Assembly: GCF_038025025.1 (NCBI RefSeq)
Contig: NW_027117340.1
Location: 806,001 to 870,000 of the forward strand
From: Phyllosticta citribraziliensis
Taxonomy: Eukaryota
Length of the DNA stretch: 64,000 nt
Direction: 5' to 3'
Shown here in pieces: positions 40,601-51,500 of the stretch (position 1 is its first letter; each line of letters begins with the position of its first letter). The position numbers and the translations under genes were made by a program. The notes beneath the pieces are model-generated. The model saw only the letters and a list, made by a program, of their open reading frames with translations, searched no databases and had not been told where the DNA came from.

Positions 40601-41490
40601 TAGTATTAGACTTTATATAAATAATACTCCTATATAAATCTATAGGTATATCCCCCTATAAGTTAATCTTTAATTACTATCTTAGCTTTTTATTTAATTA
40701 GGAGAAATATACTATATATCTAAAATCTATAAAGAAGCTATCTTATACTACTATATAGAAATTTACTAAGTATATATAAGAAGCTATATAGTAGGCTAAG
40801 TAATAACTAAGTCTTATCTAAGGATAAATAATATAAGCTATAAACTAATTCTACTAGGAACTAGATTTTAAAGAAGGTAATAAGGTATATATCTTAGTAT
40901 AAGATATAAGTACTAATAGGCTAAGTACTAAGCTTAATACTTAGAACTAAGGTCTCTATTATATTATTAAGAAAAAGGGATACTCCTATAAGCTAGAATT
41001 CCTAGTATATACTAAGATTATAAACCTCTTCTATATAAACTACTTATAGAAGGCTTATTCCCCTCTATTAGGCTAGATTTCTATCCTTAAACCTCTAATA
41101 GTCTACTAGAACTAGGAAGAGTATAAAGTTAACTTTATATATAATAGTAAGGTAGAATAAGGTACCCTAAAATACTAAGTATAGTAGAAAGGATATAACT
41201 AAGATAATACTTAGTATAAGGCCCTAGATATAGTTAGTATCCTTAATTAAATTAAGAAGTACTATATTAAGTTTCCTTAATTAAATTAAGAAGTACTATA
41301 CTAAGTTTCCTAAGGTACTAGGACTACTAAAGTACTTATAAGACTAAAAGGATATAGTAGTATATAAACTAGATTATAAAGGTACTATAAAGAATAATAA
41401 GTCTATTCTCTAAATAGCTAACTAAAATTAAACTCTTTAATACTAATAAAAAAAAAGGAAGCCCTCTAAAACCTATTAAATACTAAGTAA
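37603..41490 (+). pseudogene. pol relic of element F (protease, RT, RNase H, integrase, chromodomain)
   Basis: De-RIP LVDTGA (~37765-37782), FxDD (38950-38961), HxQTDG integrase motif (~40495-40520), EEYEV chromodomain (~41116-41270). Confidence 0.85.
41241..41310 (+). repeat. 34-bp tandem duplication at the end of the F chromodomain
   Basis: ccttaattaaattaagaagtactata(t/c)taagttt occurs twice in tandem. Confidence 0.9.
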
Positions 41491-41499
41491 ATAGACTAT

Positions 41500-42900
41500 T
41501 AAGGCTCCTCCTTCTATAAACCCTCTACCTTAGACTAATAGGTAAGGGCCTTAGCCTAAAGTTAATTACCTAGACTATATAGTAATAGAGGTATATCCTA
41601 ATAGTTAGTAAAGATATTATTATTAAAACTACCTATTAGGGAACTATAAGGAGTAATAGGACTATATATAATCTAGGTATAGATATAGGTATAGGTAGGT
41701 ATTATAAAAATAGGTAATAATAATAATAATAGAGATAAAAAGGATATCTTAAAATTAGAAATCTATAGTAGAGTAATAATAGAAGAATTAAAAATAGGTA
41801 GAGAAGTTAATATATACTAGACTAAGTAGACTAATATTACTACTATTAGATTTATTAAATAAAGATAATATACTAGATAAAGAAGAACTAGTAGAAGAAG
41901 AAGGGCTAAATTTTCTAAATAAGAAAGAAGGACCTAGCTTACTAGAAGGGATATATTTACTAGGTATAGATAAGGATAAAGAAGAGTAGACTATTAAAGA
42001 GACTCTTAGAACTATATAAATAGAGAGTTTAATAGGTATATATAGAATTATTACCTTTTACTCTAAAAGGGTAGTACTACCTAGTAAAGAAGTAGTAGAA
42101 ATAGGACTAATAGATAGGGTACCTAGTATATAGATAAATAAAGATATATTATTAGAAGGACTAATAGGGCTAGCCTTAGTCTCTTTAGATAAAGAAGTAC
42201 TAATATCTAATATAGACTTATTCTTTAAGAATAGACTACTAAGACTAGCTATAAAGTTATCTAAATAATTAGGGACTTTATCTAAGGGATTATACTAGCT
42301 ATTATAAATATAGTTATCTAGATTATATATACTATAAGAGGAAGTACTATTATTCTATTTATAGTTACTATAGCTACTATTAAAGGAACTAGGAATCTAG
42401 TAATAATTAATAAATAGATAATAGATACTATTAGGTAGCTTAATATATATATAGTACTTATAGCTAATACTTTATAGAATATTAGTAAATTAGATAGCTA
42501 TAATAGAGGCCTAAGAATAATAATAGTATAGGTTATTTATAGAAACTAAAAGAATAGTAAGAATACTAGTATAGTTATAAGGTAAGAATAAGAGCTCTTT
42601 ATATATATTATAGACTATATTACTACTAGGAGACTATAATACTATTAGTATAAAAGTTAAAGGCTAAGGAGAAGCTAGATTACTTATCCTACTTAAGATA
42701 ACCTAAATCTTAGCTAAGTATAGGATATATATACTACTCTTATTAAACCTATAAGGCCTAGGTAAAGGTAGACCTAAAGAATCTCTATTAAAACCCTTAG
42801 AACTAGGCTCTTCCTTATCTCTCTCTTTTTATATAGGTAAAGGATAATTATAATAGTAAAGGTAATAAGATAAAGGTAAATAATTAAAAGGACTAATAAT
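41500..42900 (-). pseudogene. Antisense accessory ORF relic of element F with DUF3716-like Cys motif (42331-42498) and Ser-rich tail
   Basis: De-RIP AIQFT...CxxC...PFIDCRRIPGSFNGSCGNCKWNDSASSCS in one frame. ORF boundaries approximate. Confidence 0.62.
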
Positions 42901-43511
42901 TAGATTAGTAGAATTATATCTATATAGATAATAGGAAGGGCTAATATTAGGACTAGAATATTTAGACTAATAGGCCTAAGGATAATAATAAGTAGTAGAA
43001 GAGGTATTATTAAAAAGAGTAATATTATTATATAGTATAATATATATAGATATAGTAATAGAATATATAGAAGTATATATAGAATTAATAGTATTAGGAT
43101 AATAATTAGAAGTAGATATTAATAGATATAAGGGTATAAATTCTAAGAAGTTATTAAAGAATCTATTACTACTAGCTATATAAGTTATTAATACTAAATA
43201 TCCTAATCTTAAGGATAAGGCTTTACTTACCTAGTAAACTACTATCTATATTATTAGACTAACTAGAACTACTAGAATCTATAGGATAATTAATTAGGGT
43301 AAAGCTAATTATAGTAAAGACCTTAGATTATAGATTAGTTAAAATTATATTATAAGCTAAGGGTAAACTTACTAAAGAAGATAAAAGATAGGGTATAATA
43401 AGTATAGTAATAAAGATTAAAGCTAGAGGTAAGAATAAAAAGTCTTTATACTAGACTTATATCTATTAGTATAGCTATAGATATACCTATTAAAATACCT
43501 ACTCTAGTATT

Positions 43512-43934
43512 TGTCATGATAGGCGTACACGCGCCTATATAAGTACCAGGGCCAGCACAGATAAACCTGGCGTCGCGCGGTTATAGGAAGTACAAGCCTC
43601 ACCTCAGGCAGCAGCCTACTATAGCTCAGGCTAAAACCTATAGGCTAGCACTAGCCACTACAGCCTAGTACCAGCTACTACAGCCTTAGGAAGATACCAT
43701 ATAATAGCCTATTAATACCTCACCTTTATAACTCACCTAATAATAACTAAGGACCCTTATATAAAGGATAAGAGGTAGAATAGTATAAAGAAAGGACTAG
43801 GAAATATATAGGTAGTAAGTATCTTTTATATTTTATTCTTTTAACTTATTAGATTTAATTAAGATATATATATATTCTCTAGTAGTTTACCTTTAGCCCT
43901 TACCTATATAATAAGAAATCTATAAGTTATAATA
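43512..43934 (+). repeat. 5' LTR of A3 (423 bp)
   Basis: Reverse-complement match to the other A LTRs. Followed by the PBS gatataaaagat. Confidence 0.94.
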
Positions 43935-43946
43935 GATATAAAAGAT
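43935..43946 (+). promoter_or_regulatory. Self-priming-type PBS of family A
   Basis: atataaaagat (43936-43946) is the exact reverse complement of atcttttatat (43821-43831) inside the LTR. Confidence 0.65.
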
Positions 43947-46377
43947 TATTCTAAGTTTTAGCTCCATCCTATTTCTTTACCTATAAAGGTGTTATAATAT
44001 TTAACCTAAGTAATATTATATATAGCTACAGTCTTATATAAGACCGCTTATTACTTTTCCCTAGTAAACCTAAGTTATCTTTATTAGGCGCATCAGTATT
44101 ATCTAAGGACTAAGGAGCATTAAGCATATATTAACTATAGAAGTCTTTAGTTAAGGCTATAGGGTAGTATATAAATATTTAGGAGGTATCCTATCTATAA
44201 CCTACTTAAGGGACATTCTAAGTAGAAGACTATAAAGATAGTATAGCTAAGAATAAAGCTAATATATCTAGTACTACTAAAGGTATTAGTACTAGTCAAT
44301 TAACTTAACAAGATTTATGTAAAGGCACTAAAGATTCATATAATACTAGATACTTATTAAATAATAATAAGAGAGGACCTACCCCTATTCTCCTATATAA
44401 TTTCTACTTAGTCCTAGCAGTAGAGGTAAAAGAATATACCCAAGACCTAGGGTTAACTTATACAGTTTAAGCTCTAGTTATAGAGGTATTTATAAAGGTA
44501 CTATACTCAGATATTAATTAATTTAAATCTCAGATTACATCCTTAAATAAGTCTTAAGTACAGCAGCAACTAAACTATACATAAAGGTAAAACTAGGCTC
44601 TTAAGTAAATACTCTTAAACTACACTAATAGGCTTAGGGAAGTTCTAAGGGAAGGACATATTAGGCCCTCTTTATTATCTTAGCACCTAAGACCTATTAC
44701 CCTCTCTTAAAATCCTCCTACCTATATAAGGGAAACTACTACTAAAACCTCTACTTTATCTTTAAGTAATAAGAAATACTAAAGTAGTAAGGTTCCTAAT
44801 CCTCCTCTTCTTACTAATAGAGAAGACCCCTTATATAAATACTAGACCCTCCTTATATAAAATAAAATTAAATAAAACTATAATTACTTTACTAAGGATA
44901 CAGTAGAGGAGACTAAATAGAATATTATAGGTTATATTATTTCCTATATTAGTAGAGAAGTCTTATATTACCTAACTCCTTTCCTTACTTCTTATATAAA
45001 GGCTAATAAAGTTACTCTAGATAAGGATATCTTTAAATTCCTAGATAACCTCCTCTAGAGTCTATATAAATATAAGGATATAAAGAAGCAGTTATACTCT
45101 CTTATATACTATATTCCTATAGACCTTTAGAAGTTTTAATTAAACTTTATATAATTAGCCTTAGATATAGATCTTCCCTAAGAATAGTAGAAAGAGGACT
45201 TTTATAATATAATAGATCCTCTCCTTTAAACCTATATAGTTACTATAGAGTAAGATAAGGATATTAACTTTTATAAGTACCTCTAATAAGCCTACCCTAT
45301 TACTTAAAGTCTTAGTAACTACTATTCTAACTATAGAAAACTAATACTCACGTCGCGTAAGGATTAAGTAAAGAAGAGATAATAAGAATAAGTAAAGATA
45401 ACTACCTTAGGTAGTATAAGTACTTTATCTTCTAGTTATACCTAGGCATGATCTATATCTAGGGCTCCCTTATATAATATAACCTATAAAGGTAAAGTAG
45501 AAGTCTATATAGAGATTAGACTATATAATTACTATAGCTAGTTTAGCTATTTATAGAGATAATACCTATAACTAGAGATAAAGGCAATAGAGTTAGTAGA
45601 AGAAGAAAGTACTAAAGATATCTATATAAATAAAGGAGATTAGTCTTTATTAGAAAATAATAAGACCTAGGTAAAGTCTCCTACTATAGGTCTAAACTTA
45701 GAGTAATATATATTAAGGGTTCTTATATAAATCTTAGTTACTTTATTAGAGGTATACCCTTTACTATATAAACCTTAATTGTATCTAATAGCTGCGCCTT
45801 AGAAATTTGTGCCCTAGCTAATACTAGTACTAGTAGTATAAGTTTTATTTACTTTAAGCTACTACTAACTCTCTAGTCTATAGGTGCTGTAAAAAAGAGA
45901 ATAATAGGTAAGGGGCTTAATATTACTAGGTTTAACTAATATATAAATAAGAAAGTTAATTTTTACTTTTATCTTTAACTCTATTTCTAAGATTAAATGG
46001 TTTCTACTTATACTTTTATTTATAATATTGGCTGTAATAATATAATTCTTAGGTGATAGTTTTTTAACTAGTATAATATTCTCCTAGACTATAAATGATA
46101 TAAACTAGTCTAGAGATAGCTACTAGTTAACTAGTCCTTTTAGCATCTTCTATACCTACTAAAAATCTCTATGTAAAGTAAAGAACTGTAGAAAAAATAC
46201 TAAGTAGATATAGACTATAGAGATAAAAAATTTAATAAATACCTCCTTCCCTTAGTATAGGTTATTAAGGGAATGGAATTCTAAACTTAAGATATATTTA
46301 AGCTTTCTATTTATAAAATATAAGTTATACTAATAGAGATCTATACTATTAACCTTATATAAGTTTAAGTAGCTCTT

Positions 46378-46800
46378 TATTATGACTTGCAGATTTCTCG
46401 TTATATAGGTAAGGGCTAAAGGTAAACTACTAGAGAATATATATATGTCTTAATTAAATCTAATAAGTTAAAAGAATAAAATATAAAAGATACTTACTAC
46501 CTATATATTTCCTAGTCCTTCCTTTATACTATTCTACCTCTTGTCCTTTGCATAAGGGTCCTTAGTTATTATTGGGTGAGTTATAAAGGTAAGGTATTAA
46601 TAGGCTGTTACGTGGTATCTGCCTAGGGCTATAGTGGCTAGTGCCAGGCTGTAGTAGCTAGTGCCAGCCTGCAGGTTTTGGCCTAAGCTACAGCGGGCTG
46701 CTACCTGAGGTGAGGCTTGTACTTCTTATAACTATATAATGCTAGGTTTATCTATACTGGCCCTGGTACTTATATAGGCATGTATATGCCTATTATGACA
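46378..46800 (-). repeat. 3' LTR of A4 (423 bp)
   Basis: Ends TATGACA, followed by tgccccccctaa (PPT on minus). Confidence 0.95.
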
Positions 46801-47639
46801 TGCCCCCCCTAAAGAGAAGCTAAAATTGTGGGAATTAGTAGCTATAGGTGCTTATATAGGCATAGACTTATAATATATAATAGTAGTAATTTAGTAATTT
46901 AAGCGTTCTATATAGTTATAAAGTATAATTATTAGTCTAGGTCTACTACTATACCATCTCTTTCTATTACTATTTCTTTTACTGCGCGACCTATAGAAGG
47001 TCACCATCTTACTTAGCTATATCTAAAGCTCCCTATTAAAGTATATTATTACCCCAGTCTAATTTAGCCATAATCTAGTAAACTAACTGTCACGCATAAA
47101 GGTTCTAATAATTTAAATAATTTATACCCTACTAATAGTAAAGCAGACATTCCTAGCTACTATATACTTAATATGTCTACTACTCATTATAGTCTAGTCT
47201 ATTAGGACTTATTACTATTATATAAGAGTTATAGTATTAAGTTATTATCGCGCAGTGTTATTCGTGATCTATTATAGTTACTACTTGCTTAGAGAGCTAT
47301 TTTAGCTAGTAGTATCTATAAGGACTATTATATAGAGTTCTAAGGTAAGTAAACTTTAATTCTATCTCTTTAGACTATTACTAATTATTATCCAGGCTAA
47401 TAAGTAGTATTATATATTTAGGTTTTACCGCTTTATCATCCCATCTTACTAACTAATATAATTATAGAGGAGGATACTCATATAAAGACTTAGTCAGGCT
47501 AGGCTTTACTTATTTAGCTAGGAATAGCTACAGGCTTATTACTTTACCTATAGTATACTATAGTGTCAGGTTCTACTTAATTAGCATTATTAGTTATTGC
47601 GCGAGGTTTGTCATCTGCAGCTGTATAGCCTGCTACTAA

Positions 47640-48460
47640 CCAGTATATTATACTATATTACTGCCAGTTTACTGTCGCGCAGCCTGTTTTAGAGGAAGAA
47701 GGTAAAGAGCCTACTTATATATACTATTATTATAATCCTATAGCTTGTTAGGTTCTAGCAGCTAAGTACTTACTACCTGCTGCTTTATATAATAGTAGTA
47801 ACAGTAAGATTCGCGTTATGGCGTTGCTAGTTAGCTCTAACAAGGTGCCTATTAAGTAGGACTTTAAGTTAATGCTTTATATTCCTTATAAGAATATAGA
47901 GAGTGTCGCGCGAGTAAGTTTATCTTACTAATATAAGGGATTCTTATCTGACTAACTATATAGGTATGCCTTAGTAGTTCTAAAGCGTAAGAGCGCGCTA
48001 AATACATCTTAGCCTTAAGTAACAGCATGCCTTGCTTATATATTATAGTTTCTGCTTAATAATTTAACTACTTATTAGTTAAAACTTAAGCCAGCTCGCG
48101 CGATGCTTTTCTTATCTAGTATACTAGAATTAATAACCCTATTAGCTATACTAAGTATTATAATAATACTAACCCTTACATATTTATTAGTTGTCGCTAC
48201 CTACCTGGTTTCTTATAGGGCCGCTGCGCCAACTGCCTTTAGGGTATAGGCAACTTAGACTACACTATTAGTAACTTAAAGGGTGCTAAGCTGCCTGCTT
48301 ATTATAAGAGGTATAAAGATAAAATTCATATAGAGGAGTTCTAGAACTTATACTATTAAGCTAGGGTAGAGGATTAAACTAATTAGGCTTTAGCTAAGTA
48401 GGACATCCTGCCTAATAAGCTAGAGGATCTAGAGGAGACTATCTTATATAATAATAGTTA
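47640..48460 (+). pseudogene. Antisense accessory ORF relic of A4 with DUF3716-like Cys motif (48102-48270)
   Basis: Unmutated codons ggc cgc tgc gcc aac tgc ctt (GRCANCL, 48219-48239), in frame with gat gct ttt ctt atc (DAFLI, 48102-48116). Confidence 0.65.
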
Positions 48461-48589
48461 TAATAAGAAGAAGGGAAAAGGAAGGAAGTAAAAGAAGGAA
48501 TAGTAAGAAATAAGTAATAAAAAGGAGAGACTAGAGAGTAGGAGTTAAGATTAATAGTATTTATATAAGGGTAGATAGTAAATTAATCA

Positions 48590-51500
48590 GTCTACTTTCT
48601 ATATCTTTATAATATTTACTATAGGTCTAAGTGACTTATTTTATTATTACTTTCTCTTTTAATCTAGGGTTCTTCTTAAAGGAAGGTAGTTTTCTATTTT
48701 TCTAGATTTTTTAGTAGTCCTGCTATAGTAGGGTGTAATAAGTAGAATTCTTTAATTTTCTATAGTGCGCTGCTAAAAGAACTTATATTATACTACTAGT
48801 TATCTTAGTCATATCTAGTCTATTTAACTTAGTATTAAAGCTTCCTATATAAGACTTAACTAGCTTAAATATAGTCTACTTCCTACTTAGGCTCGTCTTA
48901 AATAATCTTAGGTTCAGGTTTAGTATATTCCTAACTAGGAAGCTATTCTATTTCAGCCTTATATAGCCTATTAGTATAGAAAAGGTTGACCATCTTTATA
49001 TATAAGGGAAGATTAAGGATATAGGAGGGTCCTTCTATTCCTATAATCTTAAAAGGTCTAGTATTAGGAAAGTCTAATTTAAGGTTTAGCTAATTAGTAG
49101 ACCATCCTATTTTCTTAATATAGATATAATCTCTAACTATAAAGTCTAGCGCGCGACGGTATTTATTAGCTTATTAGTATATACACTCTTAGGATTTAAG
49201 AATAAGATTCTTTATAAATTTAAAAGCTTCTTATCTTCTCTTTTATAGTATTTATGCTACCGTGCGAGCTATTTTCTCTAGTTACTAGGGGGTTTCGGTT
49301 CTTTATTACTAGTTATAGTATAATTAAGGGGAATATCCTAACTTAATCTTAAAAGGTAAAAGTCTAGTAGCTTTATAGGGAAGTGTTACTTGTGTAAGGT
49401 CTATTAATAGTAGAAGATCAGACTAATTATTCTAAAAGTAATTAATAAAAGGTCTTAATCTTTATATAAGATGCTAATTAACAATCTCTATAATACTATT
49501 AGTCTAAGAGTAGTAGGATGAGTTAAAATGCTGCTCTATACTAGTTAGCTTATATAGTTTATTTATAAACGCTGAGATGAACTGAGGGCCTTAGTTAGAT
49601 AGGATAGACTTAGGGTTTCTATAAATATAGTAGATATATTTATAAAAGAGCCTAGAGACTCCTTTAGTATTAATCTTCTTTATATAAGGCAAGCTAAAGG
49701 TTCTTTAACTTAACTAGTCTATAATAACTAGAATTGTATTATAGCCTTTTTAGTCTTTAGGCATCTCTTTAAAATCTATAGCTAGGTATTACTAGGGTCA
49801 AGTAGGAATCTCTAGGGGTTATAGAAGGCCTAGGTCTTTATTATAAAACTCTTTTATTTAGCAGCAAATATGGCATCCTTACCTATAAATATCAATCGTG
49901 TGATTTATAGCTGGCTAATAGTAATGTCGCTTAAGGAGTTTTCGCATCTTTATAATACTAGAATAGGCGGTTATATAGGTAGTATATAAAGTATTAAGTA
50001 TTCTTGCATGGAGGTTATTGTGATCTAGTATAAAGAGGGTGCTATATTATAGTAAAAGACTATCTTTTAGTTCCTAACTATTTCTTTATTTAAGGTCTTT
50101 TAAGAGGGCTTTCTATCTCTAGAGTTCTAATTTAGAATCTTCCTAGTTCGCGTAGAGGAGTTTATCTAAAAATAATACTAGAGGAGGAAGTTCTTATTCT
50201 AAAATAGAAAGAGGGATAATAGTCTCTAGTAGGATAAGGCATATCTCTTATACGGCCCTTGCTTTTTCTTTTTAAGTCTTTAGGTCTTCTTATTTTTAAG
50301 TAAGGTAATTAGTAATGATATTTTCCTTTCCTAGTTAATAGGAGAATCGTACGTAGAATTCTATAAAAAACTTAGACTATCTAGCTTGTTATTAATTAAG
50401 TTGTCGTTTAGTAGAGTAGTACTTTAATACCTAATAGTCTGTAATTATAAGAAAAGGTTTTTTAAGGCTAATAAGTATTAGTCTCTATTCTTCTAGTCTA
50501 TTCTTAATAGCCAGCAGTTCTTTATCTAAAATTCTATAATAAAGTTCTGCATCTACTATTGCCTTAGAGTAGAAGGCTACTAGTTTCTAATTATATAAAG
50601 GTTATTAGAGCTGCATTAAAACGCCTGTAGTAACTCTATTACTTATATTAGTCTCTATATAAGTGTTAAGAGTAGGGTCATAGTTAGCTAGGAGTGCGTC
50701 ACTATATATTAGCTTCTTAAGTTACTAAATTGCCTCTTCTTCTAGGGGTCCTAGTTATTACTATTTTGCCTTAGAGTATAGTTTCTCTAATAGTCGGCTA
50801 ATTCATCTATAGTTAGGGAGAAATCGTCGGTAGAAATTATAGAAACCTAGGAAGGATTAAAGAGCTTTAAGGGTTTTTAGTATTAGCTAGTTTTATATAG
50901 GTTCTACCTTATCTGGGTCTATTTAAATGCCTTCTATAGAAATGATATATCTAAGAAACTTTATATGAGTAACTAAAAACTCGCTCTTCTTTAAATCTAC
51001 CTGTAGTCCTGCTTTTTATAGTCTTGCTAGTACTTTTTTTACTTGTTCCTCGTGCTCTGTAGGGTTTTTAGAGATAATAAGCATGTTATCTATAAAAGCT
51101 ATAATAAAGTTATCTAAATACTTAAAGAGAACCTGGTTAATAAAACATTAAAAGGCTGCTAGTCTGTTACTTAATCTAAAAGGTAAGACACGGTATTTAA
51201 ATAACCTGTATCTTATATAGAAAGTGGTTTTGTCTTTAGAATCCTTAGTAAGATGGATGTAGTAGAAAGCTTATTAAATATTAAGCTTGGTGTAAATCTT
51301 GCCCTTTCTAATACGCTAAAGTAACTCTATAATAAGAGGGAGGGGGTGCGAATCCTTAGTAGTTTATTTATTAAGCTGTTAGTAGTCTATATAAAATCTC
51401 CATCCCCTACTAGGCTTTTTTACTACTAGAATAGGAGAAGCGTAGGTAGTAAAGCTTTTAGTAATAAAGCCTTTCTAAATATTCTTAATGATATACTCTT

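Larger units (their letters stand above)
35671..43511 (+). mobile_element. Ty3/Gypsy chromovirus element F (distant relative of family A); 3' end displaced beyond the window by nested A copies
   Basis: 5' LTR-like segment, gag with CCHC, pol with recognisable RT, RNase H, integrase and chromodomain. Interrupted at 43512 by a family-A LTR. Confidence 0.88.
43512..46377 (+). mobile_element. Family A copy A3, segment 1 (5' LTR, gag, protease)
   Basis: Starts TGTCATGATAGG. Left flank GTATT is the predicted TSD. Interrupted by A4 at the CTCTT site. Confidence 0.93.
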
